A stretch of DNA of 64,000 nt. It comes from Spirochaetia bacterium. Lineage in GTDB: Bacteria; Spirochaetota; Spirochaetia; G963692905. Where the stretch lies: contig CBDCPJ010000054.1 of NCBI GenBank assembly GCA_965220165.1, positions 385,708 through 449,707 on the forward strand. The letters run 5' to 3'. A model generated the notes under the pieces. It had not been told where the DNA came from, did no database searches, and saw only the letters and a program-made list of their open reading frames with translations. Positions 10,746 to 21,337 of the stretch are shown here, one piece after another. Both the position numbers and the translations under genes were made by a program. Numbering within the stretch: position 1 is the first letter of the stretch; the number at the start of each line of letters is the position of its first letter.

Positions 10746-11336
10746 ATGGAGAAAAACCATGCAATGAAAAAATGGCTAATAATATTATACGGAATAATAG
10801 TCACCTTCTTTGTCATAGGAATTCCAATTATCATACTCTTGCGATTGGATAGATCGCGCCAAATAGCAACTCAATCAGCAGAAAATAGTATTGCTTCTAT
10901 CGTTGAAAGCATTGAGAAAACCTCATTCCAAGAAGAAGAATATTTCTCTGCCCAAATCGAAGATCTGTTATCTCCAATTAATATTGATGATCAGACATCA
11001 TATCCAGCTATATTAAGAGAAATTTCAGTAATTGACACAAACGGAGCAATGATATACCGCTGGGGAGCATCTTCTCGCCGTGCCACATCATCGATAAATA
11101 CCTTTCGATTATTGGACTACAATGCGTTTAGCGAAATTCGCCTTACTAAAATAGCACAATCGCAGGAATATGCTTTTACTATTGACTCTGTCTATCAAGT
11201 GCTCCCTCGCGCTGAAATTTACAGGATAATAAAAGAAATATTTCCATTCTCTGTTATTTTTGTCATCGCCATCGCAATTACGCTTATTATATCGGCTCGT
11301 TTCACCAGCGCTCGCGCAAATGCGCCTTCAAACTAA
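10746..11336 (+). CDS. Hypothetical membrane-anchored protein
   Basis: 196 aa; an N-terminal TM helix and a C-terminal TM helix; no recognisable domain. Confidence 0.4.
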   Translation: MEKNHAMKKWLIILYGIIVTFFVIGIPIIILLRLDRSRQIATQSAENSIASIVESIEKTSFQEEEYFSAQIEDLLSPINIDDQTSYPAILREISVIDTNGAMIYRWGASSRRATSSINTFRLLDYNAFSEIRLTKIAQSQEYAFTIDSVYQVLPRAEIYRIIKEIFPFSVIFVIAIAITLIISARFTSARANAPSN

Positions 11337-11357
11337 CCGTACAAAAATAACTTATAT

Positions 11358-12224
11358 CTATCCCTTCACAGCGCCAAATGTGAGCCCTTGAATAAACTGT
11401 TTTTGCATAATGAAGAAAACAACCACTGGAGGCAATGCCGCGACTACCGAACCTGCAGAAATAAGATGCCAAGAAGCGACCCACTGCCCTCGCAATGCCT
11501 GCAATCCAACAGTAACCGGTCGCACCGAGTCGCTCTGCACAAGAACTAACGACCAGAAAAAGTCGTTCCAGATAAATGTAAAAATGAGTACTGCTAAGGC
11601 TCCCAGAGCCGGTCGAATGAGTGGCAATATAATCTTCAGATAAATATGCCATTCGCCCGCGCCTTCTACGCGAGCCGATTCAATTAACGCAATTGGCAAC
11701 TCAGCGATAAAATTACGTAGAAAAAATGTACAGAATCCCGATTGAAATGCTATATGAAATAAAATCAGCGCCCAGCGAGTATTATAGAGCGTATCGCCAA
11801 ATATCCTCACTCTTATCATAATATTAACCACTGGAATCATGAGAATTTGAAAAGGGATAAAATTACCGGCGATAAACATGGCAAAGATAACAAATCGTAG
11901 TTTAAATCGATGTATCGCTAACGTAAAACCAGCCATTGAACTTATTAGAATAGCAAAAAATACTGCCGGAATCGTAATAGTAATACTATTAAGAATATAC
12001 GTGAACATCTGCGTACTGGTAAATACTGTTGAGTAGTTTTCTACCAACGCAAATTCCGTAGGTACTCCCCAATAATTGCCCGCGGTAATATCCGCAAGCG
12101 ATCGAACCGAAGTCAACATAACCGCGGCAAGGGGCAACAGCCATAACAGGAGCGTGATTGGCAACGCTATTTTATAAAGATATTGAAGGCCTTTAGGGGC
12201 TCGTTGAATTGGAGTTGGAAACAT
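11358..12224 (-). CDS. Carbohydrate ABC transporter permease (MalG/UgpE-like)
   Basis: 288 aa; 6 TM; EAA-like loop region. Last gene of a three-gene minus-strand operon. Confidence 0.8.
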   Translation of the reverse strand: MFPTPIQRAPKGLQYLYKIALPITLLLWLLPLAAVMLTSVRSLADITAGNYWGVPTEFALVENYSTVFTSTQMFTYILNSITITIPAVFFAILISSMAGFTLAIHRFKLRFVIFAMFIAGNFIPFQILMIPVVNIMIRVRIFGDTLYNTRWALILFHIAFQSGFCTFFLRNFIAELPIALIESARVEGAGEWHIYLKIILPLIRPALGALAVLIFTFIWNDFFWSLVLVQSDSVRPVTVGLQALRGQWVASWHLISAGSVVAALPPVVVFFIMQKQFIQGLTFGAVKG

Positions 12225-12228
12225 TCCG

Positions 12229-13131
12229 CTACCCTTTTTCGTTCCGCATTATTCGAGATAGAAAATATGCAATATAGATACTCATAATTAAAAATAGGAC
12301 AACCGCAATAGTTGCTCCATAACCATAACGGTAATTGGTAATTGTCATTTCGTACATCTGGAATGCCAATACGTATGTTCTCCCGTACGGGCCGCCGTCG
12401 GTCATAATCGCTATAAGATCAAAACTACGCAGAGCGCCAATAATAGTTACCACAGTCGCGATAAACGTAGCGGGGCGCAACATTGGCAAAATAATATGCC
12501 ACAGCATCATCAATCCCTTTGCCCCATCAATTCGTCCAGCCTCTATAACTTGATTATCGACACTCGAAAGACCAGTTATATACAGTATCATGCAATAAGC
12601 TGTCTGAGGCCATAGAGCCGCAACTATAATACCAAAAGTAGCAATGTTTTCATCGGCAAGGATTGGAATAGGCTTCAGTCCCACCATCTGGAACAAACGG
12701 CTCAATATACCAAAATCAGGATTGTAAAACCACGAAAATACCAATCCGACTACCACTAAATTGATAACAAATGGGAAAAAAAACAGCGATTTGATCGCGC
12801 GCATACCTGCGATGCGTTGGTTCAAAAAAAGCGCCAGAAACATCCCCGCCACAGGAGAAATAAGCATAAGAAGGAGCCACAATAAATTATTTTTGATAGA
12901 TACAAAAAACCGAATATCGTTCGTAAAAAGATCGATAAAATTCTTTAGTCCGACCCATTCGGCTGTATCAAGAGCACCAACACCATTCCAGCGATAAAAA
13001 CTCAACCAAATACTCTGAATTATCGGCCAAATAACAAATATGGAAAAAAATACTAGCGCGGGAGCCAAAAAAACAATCGGCGAAAGCTTAAGACGCAACT
13101 GCATCCAACGATATTTATTAACTACTGCCAT
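12229..13131 (-). CDS. Carbohydrate ABC transporter permease (MalF/UgpA-like)
   Basis: 300 aa; 6 TM; binding-protein-dependent transport inner-membrane component signature region. Confidence 0.8.
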   Translation of the reverse strand: MAVVNKYRWMQLRLKLSPIVFLAPALVFFSIFVIWPIIQSIWLSFYRWNGVGALDTAEWVGLKNFIDLFTNDIRFFVSIKNNLLWLLLMLISPVAGMFLALFLNQRIAGMRAIKSLFFFPFVINLVVVGLVFSWFYNPDFGILSRLFQMVGLKPIPILADENIATFGIIVAALWPQTAYCMILYITGLSSVDNQVIEAGRIDGAKGLMMLWHIILPMLRPATFIATVVTIIGALRSFDLIAIMTDGGPYGRTYVLAFQMYEMTITNYRYGYGATIAVVLFLIMSIYIAYFLSRIMRNEKG

Positions 13132-13200
13132 AGTTATACATCCTCATCTTTTTGCTCCCCTTATTATCGATCGCGAAAATTACTTATACAAGAATAATTT

Positions 13201-13225
13201 GGGAGGCTTATACTCAAAGCCCCCC
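13201..13225 (-). promoter_or_regulatory. Intra-operon stem-loop between the substrate-binding-protein and permease genes
   Basis: GGGAGGCTT-atactca-AAGCCCCCC gives 8 of 9 base pairs. It lies 23 nt downstream of the SBP stop codon, inside the 116-nt SBP-permease spacer. No U-run follows on the coding (minus) strand. Confidence 0.35.
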
Positions 13226-13247
13226 TTTTATGCCTGTTAAAATACTC

Positions 13248-14537
13248 CTAGTTGCCGAATATTCTTTTACGCTCGTCATCAAGTCTTTGTCTAATTTGAG
13301 ACAAGCGATCAGGATTCGTCATAAATTCCTGAAAACCTTCCATGCCGATCTGAGCCATTTCAGGGTCTGTATCTCGATCATAGAATTGCGCCAAACCATC
13401 CGAAGCGGCAAGTAGTGTAGCGCCTGCTTGGAGAAATCGATCAGACGGCGCGGGAGCCTTATTATTTGGCGGGAGATTGCCAATGCCGGTAGCGATCATA
13501 TTATTAATATCTGGACGCGCGATAAATGCCAGAAATTTCTTCGCATCCTCTTTATTTTTCGCCCCAGAAGGAATATGAATCGTGTCGGTGGGCGCATCTT
13601 CGTATGACCCCGCATTCGGGTTAATAACTGGGAATGGAAAAAATCCTATATTATCGACAATACCCGCATCCTCAAAAAATGGAACGATAAAATTACCGAT
13701 AAGATACATTGCCGCTGTCCCTTGAATAACCGGAGCCTGCGCCTCTTGCCATGAATATGTGGCATGATTTTCAAGGAAGTACCCTGCGTCAAGAAGCTCC
13801 TGCCAATACTCAAAAACTTGATCCAATCTTGGGTCAAGATAAGAAATATCGCCGTCAGCAAGTCCCAAGTGAAAATCAAGCCCATTCACTCGTAAATTTA
13901 AATAGTCAAACCAGCCAGCAGCTGTCCACAAAAATTTTGTTCCTATGGAAATAGGCGTTATGCCTGCCGCGCTCAACTGAGAACAGGCCTCTAAAAATTC
14001 TTCCCACGTTGTCGGCACCGATGCCCCTACCTGTTCAAATAGATCGGAACGATAATAAACACCCCATTGATAATAGGCGTATGGCACTCCATACTGATTG
14101 CCATCGACACTTAAAGCCGAGTATGAAGACGCCATGTCTCTGTCTAAATTATTTTCGTTCCATACATCGCTTACATCTTCAAAAAGACCTTGATCTACAA
14201 AAAACTTCATTCTATTTCCCGCAAACCAAGTCGCTACATCTGGCGGCTCCGCTACCAAGAAATTACGAATATTGGTTTTATAGGCCTCATGGTCAAAAAT
14301 AGTAAGCTGGGCGTCAATATCGGGATTCTCTTCATTGAACATTGCCACCGCCTGTTCAAAGAGCGCTTTTGGCGCAGGATCTGACGTATTCGCGCTGATT
14401 TGCAATACCCTTTTGCCATCATTCATCATCATCTCTTGTCCATCATCCATCATTTCTTCTTGCTCTCCTCCCGCAAATATTGCGCCGGGAACAAATAAAA
14501 GAATAATGACGAACAGTAATAAACTAGTTAGTTTCAT
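13248..14537 (-). CDS. ABC transporter extracellular solute-binding protein (family 1, sugar-type)
   Basis: 429 aa; signal peptide; size and composition typical of the MalE/UgpB family. First gene of the operon. Confidence 0.8.
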   Translation of the reverse strand: MKLTSLLLFVIILLFVPGAIFAGGEQEEMMDDGQEMMMNDGKRVLQISANTSDPAPKALFEQAVAMFNEENPDIDAQLTIFDHEAYKTNIRNFLVAEPPDVATWFAGNRMKFFVDQGLFEDVSDVWNENNLDRDMASSYSALSVDGNQYGVPYAYYQWGVYYRSDLFEQVGASVPTTWEEFLEACSQLSAAGITPISIGTKFLWTAAGWFDYLNLRVNGLDFHLGLADGDISYLDPRLDQVFEYWQELLDAGYFLENHATYSWQEAQAPVIQGTAAMYLIGNFIVPFFEDAGIVDNIGFFPFPVINPNAGSYEDAPTDTIHIPSGAKNKEDAKKFLAFIARPDINNMIATGIGNLPPNNKAPAPSDRFLQAGATLLAASDGLAQFYDRDTDPEMAQIGMEGFQEFMTNPDRLSQIRQRLDDERKRIFGN

Positions 14538-14685
14538 AATACCTCCATAATTTTATCTCTATAGTTATAAATTTTGGTTTGAATTTTGTCAACCGATCGA
14601 CTGTAAAAATGCCAATGAAAATTTTGGATGACAAATAATTTTTTAGATGGTAATTCGAGAAATTATGATATAACTATTCGAAGTA

Positions 14686-17600
14686 ATGGCTAAGAGCACA
14701 TTTGCGCATTTACGAAACCATACCGATTATAGCCTTCTAATGTCCACCATACGAATTCCCGAATTGGTTGACAAAACAAAAGCGTGCGGGATGGAACACG
14801 TTGCTATAACCGACGATGGCAATTTATTTGGCGCGCTTGAATTTTACCACTGCTGTCGCCAGCGCGGCATCAATCCAATTATCGGCGTTGATTTTTACTT
14901 ATCGTCTAATTCTCGACATACCCGCGGCATAGAACATGACGGAAGAGGGCAGAACTATAATAGACTTGTATTGCTGGCGACAAGTAAGGAGGGATATCAT
15001 AACCTTGTTCAGTTATGCTCTCGCGGATACCTAGAGGGATTTTACTATAAACCTCGCATTGATTATGATCTTTTAAAGCAATATAATGGTGGACTAATCG
15101 CGCTTGTCGGCGGGCAATTCGGCGACGTGGGCGCGCAACTCGTGATGAACAACGTCAAAGAGGCGCGGCGGCGATTGCGAATATATCGTTCTATATTTGA
15201 CCAAAATCGCCTCTATCTAGAACTGCAAAGACACCGTATCCCCGCCGACGAAGTGGTAATCAATGGGTTGAGCGCTCTCGCCGACGAAATGTCGTTGCCG
15301 TTAGTAGCCACTAATAATTGCCATTATATCTCCACCGGAGACGCCGACGCCCATAGCGTGCTGATGAATATTGGGCTCAATCGTTCGCGCGGGAATCGAC
15401 ACTTTAAATTCCCCACCACAGAATTCTACTTCAAAGAATCCGACGAAATGGCGTCTCTTTTCAACGATTTTCCCGAAGCGATAGAAAATAGCCTTCGTAT
15501 CGCCGAACGATGCAACATCAGGCTGGAACGGAGAAACATACGTTTTCCCGATATCTCGTTGCCAAAAAACTTTTCCACCGCCGATGATTGGTTGCGCCAT
15601 CTCAGCGAGGTCGGTTGTTCTCGACGCTACCCCAATATTACTCAAGAGATCTCTGATCGCTTGAAATACGAATTAGATACCATAATCTCTATGGGCTACA
15701 CAGGTTATTTTTTAGTGGTTTATGATTTTATATCATACGCCCATAAGCAAAATATTGGCGTAGGACCGGGACGAGGATCGGGAGCCGGTTCAATAGTAGC
15801 ATACTGCTTGGGAATAACAAATATCGATCCGTTGAAATATGGACTATTATTTGAACGATTTTTAAACCCAGAACGAATATCTATGCCAGATTTCGACATC
15901 GATTTTTCTTATGAGCGACGCGGCGAGGTTGTGCGTTATGTTACAGAAAAATATGGCGCCGCTCGCGTAGGACAGATCATTACATTCGGTCGCCTAAAGG
16001 CAAAAGCGGTGATGAGAGATGTCGCGCGAGTACTTGAGATGCCGTTGAGTGAGATCAGCGCGATAGTCAAGCTAATTCCTAATACTATAGGAATTACACT
16101 TGCGGACGCCTTGGAAAAGGTTCCAGAGTTGAATGCAATTCGCTCGGGAAGCGACAAACATAAATCTCTTTTTGCTATAAGCTCAAAATTAGAGGGTCTA
16201 TGTCGCCATATTTCCACTCACGCAGCAGGCGTAGTTATTGGATCAGAAGATCTTATCGAGATAATTCCGCTCTATCGAGATCCGAAGTCGGGGGCTCAAG
16301 TCACTCAATATGCTATGAACTATCTGGAAGAGCTGGGCTTGATCAAAATGGACTTCTTAGGCCTTAAAACCATCACGCTGGTAGAACATACTGTCTCGCT
16401 TATTCAAGAAAGCGGGAAACAAATAGCGCCGGAAACAATTCCTGAAAATGATCCCGAAACATTTCATATGCTTGCTCAAGGACATAGCGAAGCTGTATTT
16501 CAATTTGAAAATCAGGGAATGCGCAAGATGTTGATCGACGCAAAACCCAACTCATTTGAAGACCTGATCGCTCTAATTTCTCTCTATCGTCCCGGCCCGA
16601 TGGAACACATTCCAAAATATATAGCGTCGAAACATGGAAAACAAAAGATCTCGTATCCTATTGACCAGTTACGCAATATTCTTGACGAAACATATGGTGT
16701 CATCGTCTACCAAGAACAGGTAATGGAGATAGCTCGTACCATCGCGGGATTCAGTCTTTCGCAAGCCGATATCATGCGGCGAGCGATGGGTAAAAAGAAG
16801 CAACAAGATATGGTTGAGATGCGAGAAAAATTTGTCGCGGGAGCGCTAGAAAATGGTATCGCAAAAAAAGATGCTGTAGCGGTCTTTGATCTTATGGCCC
16901 CGTTTGCGAAATATGGATTCAACAAATCCCATGCCGCAGCCTATTCAGTGCTATCCTATCAAACCGCCTATCTTAAATGCCATTACCCCCGCCAATTCAT
17001 GGCGGCCAATCTTACCAATGAGCGCGATAATCCCGATAACTTTATCTGGTATCTTGAAACAACGCGTTCAATGGGCATCGCTATAGAAGCGCCACAAATA
17101 AATCGTTCCCAAAAAGGGTTTTCAGTTGTGAACGATAAAATTGTCTATGGATTTATCGCGATAAAAAATGTGGGCGAAAATGCGGTGGATGAGATATTGC
17201 GGGCGAGAAAGAAGGTGGGCTCGTTCGAAAGCTTCTCGGATTTTTTAGAAGTTGTCGAATCGAATGTCCTTAACCGCAAGATATTGGAGTCGCTCATTCA
17301 AGCAGGTTTATTTGAAGGATTGGGCCATAATCGAGCGACGCTTCTCCGCAATCTTGATATACTCTTGTCCAGCGCGAATGCCGCTAGAGAAAAAAGACAA
17401 ACTGGACAAGGAGGGCTATTTGACGACGGCAAGATGCTCGCGGCCGACCTTGAAATCAATCCGGAGCTGGACGCCAACCAAATATGGCAGTATGAATACG
17501 AACTGTTAAGCTGTTATTTTTCGGGACATCCCCTAGATGCCTACCGAGAAAAGTGGGCCGCTATCATCGCGAGCGAACAATTGGATACACAACAAAACGG

Positions 17601-18090
17601 CGTCAAAATCCTAGGAATCGCTCGGAAAGTAAAAAAAATCAGCTCGTCCAGCGGGGATTTTTTGACGCTAACCGTAGAATGCGATCGTGGTTCTATAGAA
17701 GCCGTCGCCTATCATCAAGAAGCTGAACTGTATTCTCGCGCGCTCACGCCGGGAGCGATACTTGGATTGGTCGCAAGAATCAATAAATATCAAGAACGGA
17801 CTCGACATATCATTATGCGAGTATACCCGCTCCAAGAGAAAAAAAGGATTATCAAAGAACTCCATATTTGCCTCGATGCGCCGCTCGTCGATCAGGCCAA
17901 GCTGCGAGAATTGAGCGCATATTTATTTGACCACAGGGGAGAATCGGCCGTCTATCTTCATATAGAAGAAAATAAACAGAAACGCGTCTTGCGCATTGAA
18001 GACAAGGTTAACTGTTCGGATGAAAGCGGGTTAATTGAGGCAATAGAACAACTGGAAGCCATTAATCGGGCTTGGATCGAAACGCGATAA
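14686..18090 (+). CDS. dnaE: DNA polymerase III subunit alpha
   Basis: 1134 aa; N-terminal PHP domain, polymerase core (GRGSGAGS..., PDFDIDF), OB-fold C-terminus. Confidence 0.95.
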   Translation: MAKSTFAHLRNHTDYSLLMSTIRIPELVDKTKACGMEHVAITDDGNLFGALEFYHCCRQRGINPIIGVDFYLSSNSRHTRGIEHDGRGQNYNRLVLLATSKEGYHNLVQLCSRGYLEGFYYKPRIDYDLLKQYNGGLIALVGGQFGDVGAQLVMNNVKEARRRLRIYRSIFDQNRLYLELQRHRIPADEVVINGLSALADEMSLPLVATNNCHYISTGDADAHSVLMNIGLNRSRGNRHFKFPTTEFYFKESDEMASLFNDFPEAIENSLRIAERCNIRLERRNIRFPDISLPKNFSTADDWLRHLSEVGCSRRYPNITQEISDRLKYELDTIISMGYTGYFLVVYDFISYAHKQNIGVGPGRGSGAGSIVAYCLGITNIDPLKYGLLFERFLNPERISMPDFDIDFSYERRGEVVRYVTEKYGAARVGQIITFGRLKAKAVMRDVARVLEMPLSEISAIVKLIPNTIGITLADALEKVPELNAIRSGSDKHKSLFAISSKLEGLCRHISTHAAGVVIGSEDLIEIIPLYRDPKSGAQVTQYAMNYLEELGLIKMDFLGLKTITLVEHTVSLIQESGKQIAPETIPENDPETFHMLAQGHSEAVFQFENQGMRKMLIDAKPNSFEDLIALISLYRPGPMEHIPKYIASKHGKQKISYPIDQLRNILDETYGVIVYQEQVMEIARTIAGFSLSQADIMRRAMGKKKQQDMVEMREKFVAGALENGIAKKDAVAVFDLMAPFAKYGFNKSHAAAYSVLSYQTAYLKCHYPRQFMAANLTNERDNPDNFIWYLETTRSMGIAIEAPQINRSQKGFSVVNDKIVYGFIAIKNVGENAVDEILRARKKVGSFESFSDFLEVVESNVLNRKILESLIQAGLFEGLGHNRATLLRNLDILLSSANAAREKRQTGQGGLFDDGKMLAADLEINPELDANQIWQYEYELLSCYFSGHPLDAYREKWAAIIASEQLDTQQNGVKILGIARKVKKISSSSGDFLTLTVECDRGSIEAVAYHQEAELYSRALTPGAILGLVARINKYQERTRHIIMRVYPLQEKKRIIKELHICLDAPLVDQAKLRELSAYLFDHRGESAVYLHIEENKQKRVLRIEDKVNCSDESGLIEAIEQLEAINRAWIETR

Positions 18091-18149
18091 CTGGCGAGCT
18101 CCTCTCATTCAAAGTAGCTCATGCATGGGCTCGCCGAACAAAATAACAA

Positions 18150-19169
18150 CTATTCCACCCCGATATTTCTCACTCTATAATCATAAATCTCCCAAGAATC
18201 TTGGCGACGATTAAGAAGATAGGTATACTCTTTTACCTCCGAGAACTGACCGTTGTCGAATCGCAACTCGGCGACAACGCTTCCCGAACGTTGCGTATAG
18301 CGCGTCTCAAGAATGGTAAAACCATCCGGAATGAGGCTGATCCCTTCGTCGGTCGCTTCGCTCCGCAAGAGCTGACGATATCGTTCTATTTCGGCCAATT
18401 GCTCGGATTCTGACAGGTTAAGAAATCGGCGTTCACGCGCGGGATCGCTACGCAAAAGACTGGGAATATCAAGATAAAGAAAAAAACGTTGCCATTGACG
18501 GCTTCTCCGCGCCCGTAGCGTATCCGCGACCACTCTATCGGGAGATATATCTTCTCGGCGCAACAGTTGCGCTATTTCTCCCTCCAATTGCCGTTCAATA
18601 GGATCGAGATTGCTATCTGTAGGACGAACGGCTATAGTCAATCGTTCGGCGCTACGCAAAACATCTCCCTCCGATTGAATCAATTCCGGATAAAATAGCC
18701 CGCCGACAGTATAGATTCCCGGGCTCTTAATATCGATATAATCGCGCAGATCTTCACTAAAGGAGTACTCGCTCCCTGGATCAATTATGATGTCACGATA
18801 AAAAATCCGATCGTTCGACGCCCGATTAAGCGAGAGGCTCGATGGAATCGCCAGCGGTTTAAAAAGTTCGTTTCTCGCTTCGAACGTTACATTGAAAATC
18901 CTTCTATCTGCCAGTTTAAAATGATAGGCGCGCGGAGAAGTATTGCGAATAGACGCTCGTATCAATATTGGGGTTTCGGGAGTATAGATACGCTGATCAA
19001 ATAGCCGAATCGAAAACGATATATTCTGTTCATCATCAACAATAGATGGGTCGTTTTCCAAGTTGTCCAAATTTAATTGAGCAAATGCGATGCTTGTCGT
19101 CGACAGCAAGAGTATAAAAATAGCTATATTGTTGCGTGTAGTCGTCGTCATCTTATTTTCTATCGGCAT
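18150..19169 (-). CDS. Hypothetical secreted protein
   Basis: 339 aa; cleavable signal peptide; no recognisable domain. Convergent with dnaE. Confidence 0.5.
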   Translation of the reverse strand: MPIENKMTTTTRNNIAIFILLLSTTSIAFAQLNLDNLENDPSIVDDEQNISFSIRLFDQRIYTPETPILIRASIRNTSPRAYHFKLADRRIFNVTFEARNELFKPLAIPSSLSLNRASNDRIFYRDIIIDPGSEYSFSEDLRDYIDIKSPGIYTVGGLFYPELIQSEGDVLRSAERLTIAVRPTDSNLDPIERQLEGEIAQLLRREDISPDRVVADTLRARRSRQWQRFFLYLDIPSLLRSDPARERRFLNLSESEQLAEIERYRQLLRSEATDEGISLIPDGFTILETRYTQRSGSVVAELRFDNGQFSEVKEYTYLLNRRQDSWEIYDYRVRNIGVE

Positions 19170-19201
19170 GAATCGCCAAATAAATGAGATAGGCTACGCG
19201 A

Positions 19202-20578
19202 TTGAAAAATGACCTATCGCGCGCAATTATAGACGAAACGCAGAGTAGCCGAAGCGTCTATCTATCGCTTCCAATATTGCGCCGGATAGAGAATAAATAT
19301 ATCATCCAATCAGTGGCTAACGATACGCTATTTTCCAAGGATCAAAGAATTGTATCTTTGGATATATTGAGAGGCTTTGCTCTTATGGGTATATTGGTAA
19401 TGAATATACAATCGTTTTCTATGCCCGCGAGCGCATACCTTAACCCTCTGGCATATAGCAGTTCTGGAGATGGTATTTCATTTTTGGATCTTGCGACGCA
19501 TTTCTTGACGCATCTATTCGCCGAACGGAAATTTATTTCTATATTTTCTCTGTTATTTGGGGCGGGGATGGCGATGTTATTTGAACGCAACGTTAGTCTA
19601 CGCCGTCCGAAGAGAGCGATTCACTACCGAAGAGCGGTGTGGTTGTTGATCTTTGGCCTAATCCATGCATATCTATTTTGGTATGGCGACATCCTTACGG
19701 TATACGCCATCTGCGCGTTATTGCTCTACCCATTGATTAAAGCATCTCCCGTAACCACCTGTATCGCTGGTATTATTTTGTTCCTCATCTGGCCGCTTAT
19801 CAATATATTTATAGCAATTATATGGCCATTTATACCGCTTGAGGCAATTCAAGAAATAGCGCAATCATGGGCGCCCCCTTTAGAGCGGATAGAGGCCGAA
19901 ATAGCCGCCTATCGCGGCGGATGGATTGAGCAAATTCAATGGAGAGTCGTTCAAACATTTCAATCGCAATTCACCATTATGCCGCTTTTGATATCGCAAA
20001 CAGGCGGACTCATGTTAATTGGCATGTCGCTCTATCGCTGGAAAATACTTGGAGCGGAACGTTCATCGAGCTTCTATTTTCGAATAATGCTAATTGGAGG
20101 AATTGTGGGCGCGGCTCTCGTTCTATTCGGTCTGCGAGGGCACTATCTCCGCGGATGGGAACCTGGATATGGACTATTATGGGGACGAAACTACAACTAT
20201 CTCGGAAGCGTTGGATTGGCGTTAGCCTACATCGCCGCTATAATGCTCGCGGCGCGCCATAAAATATTCCCTCGAATACAGCAAGCGCTTGCAAACTACG
20301 GACGATTGGCATTCACCAACTATATCGGGCAAACAATATTGGCGTCGTTAATTTTCTATGCGCCTGGGCTAGGATTATTTGGACGAATCAATAGGCCATC
20401 GCAACAATTAATCGCCGCGGCGATAATCGTGTCGCAAATCATTGTTTCAAATATTTGGGTGAAATACTTTCGATGCGGACCTCTGGAATGGCTCTGGAGA
20501 GCGCTGACCTATCAAACAAAGGTACCATTTCGGAAATATCCCGCGTTGAACGGAGAACACCATACCCTTGACAGATAG
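19202..20578 (+). CDS. DUF418 (YeiB-like) membrane protein
   Basis: 458 aa; characteristic LDILRGFALMGIL start of the DUF418/acyltransferase-3-like fold; about 10 TM. The real start is uncertain (TTG at 19202; no in-frame ATG). Confidence 0.65.
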   Translation: MKNDLSRAIIDETQSSRSVYLSLPILRRIENKYIIQSVANDTLFSKDQRIVSLDILRGFALMGILVMNIQSFSMPASAYLNPLAYSSSGDGISFLDLATHFLTHLFAERKFISIFSLLFGAGMAMLFERNVSLRRPKRAIHYRRAVWLLIFGLIHAYLFWYGDILTVYAICALLLYPLIKASPVTTCIAGIILFLIWPLINIFIAIIWPFIPLEAIQEIAQSWAPPLERIEAEIAAYRGGWIEQIQWRVVQTFQSQFTIMPLLISQTGGLMLIGMSLYRWKILGAERSSSFYFRIMLIGGIVGAALVLFGLRGHYLRGWEPGYGLLWGRNYNYLGSVGLALAYIAAIMLAARHKIFPRIQQALANYGRLAFTNYIGQTILASLIFYAPGLGLFGRINRPSQQLIAAAIIVSQIIVSNIWVKYFRCGPLEWLWRALTYQTKVPFRKYPALNGEHHTLDR

Positions 20579-21197
20579 CCCGACGCCCCGTTCTAACAAA
20601 ACGGATCATAGCGAACCCACTCGTTGCCCTTGGTGTCGCCATCCCCTTGCTATCGACTATCATGACAGAGAGTGGGGAACTCCATGCTATGATGATCGCA
20701 AACTGTTTGAATATCTCTTTTTGGATGCGATGCAATCAGGGCTCAGCTGGAATCTCATGCTTATAAAACGAGAAAATTTTCGCCGAGCATTTGCCAATTT
20801 TGATCCAGAGGCTATCGCTCGCTTCGCCAATCGCGACATCGATCGTCTCATGGGCGATGCGACAATCATACGAAATCGCCGAAAAATAGCGGCGGCAATT
20901 GAAAACGCGCGGCAATTTTTAGCGATACAGGAAGAAAATGAAACGTTCGCTCGGTATTTATGGGATTTTGTTGATGGGAACCCCATCGATGACGCTTGGC
21001 AACACCATGAAGATATCCCCACCACTTCGAAGCTCTCTGGAAAATTATCTCGCGATCTTCGCCAACGGGGATTCCGTTTTGTTGGAAGCGTCACTATCTA
21101 CGCCTACATGGAGGGAGCGGGACTCTATAATAATCACCTGCTTTCCTGTTTTAGACATAGCGAAGTCAAGCGATTAGGCGAAGCGCTCCCCTATTAA
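20568..21197 (+). CDS. tag: DNA-3-methyladenine glycosylase I
   Basis: 209 aa; CPWC...YHDREWG...SGLSW motifs of Tag; zinc-binding Cys/His present. Confidence 0.88.
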   Translation: MTDSPTPRSNKTDHSEPTRCPWCRHPLAIDYHDREWGTPCYDDRKLFEYLFLDAMQSGLSWNLMLIKRENFRRAFANFDPEAIARFANRDIDRLMGDATIIRNRRKIAAAIENARQFLAIQEENETFARYLWDFVDGNPIDDAWQHHEDIPTTSKLSGKLSRDLRQRGFRFVGSVTIYAYMEGAGLYNNHLLSCFRHSEVKRLGEALPY

Positions 21198-21215
21198 GAA
21201 GCGCTCCCCTATTAA
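21180..21215 (+). repeat. Perfect 18-bp tandem duplication (GAAGCGCTCCCCTATTAA x2) spanning the tag stop codon
   Basis: Direct reading: the first copy carries the last 5 codons plus TAA of tag; the second copy follows immediately. Confidence 0.9.
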
Positions 21216-21337
21216 ATAAATCGCGCGCATGATATAATTGACAGCGAGAAATATTTTGTGTAACTTTTACTAAAATATCTTGATATAATGGTTAGTTATA
21301 GGTATAAATATTGTGTTTATGATAGATAATAGGAGAA

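Noticed and set aside
11358-14537. Low-GC sugar ABC operon as a horizontally acquired island
   Set aside because: The GC difference (about 40% vs 55-65% elsewhere) is largely explained by the hydrophobic amino-acid composition of the permeases. The SBP gene is about 55% GC, no mobility genes flank it, and codon-usage statistics would be needed to decide.
18091-18149. Possible bidirectional terminator between convergent dnaE and the hypothetical gene (GGCGAGC...GCTCGCC)
   Set aside because: The 7-bp stem has a loop of about 31 nt and no flanking U-run, which is too weak to call.
21231-21300. Sigma70-like promoter (TTGACA at 21239 and TATAAT at 21233 and 21285) upstream of the ABC ATPase gene
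   Set aside because: Hexamers are present, but the spacing between the -35 and -10 candidates is wrong (0 or more than 40 nt), so this is not reported as a feature without transcription-start-site data.
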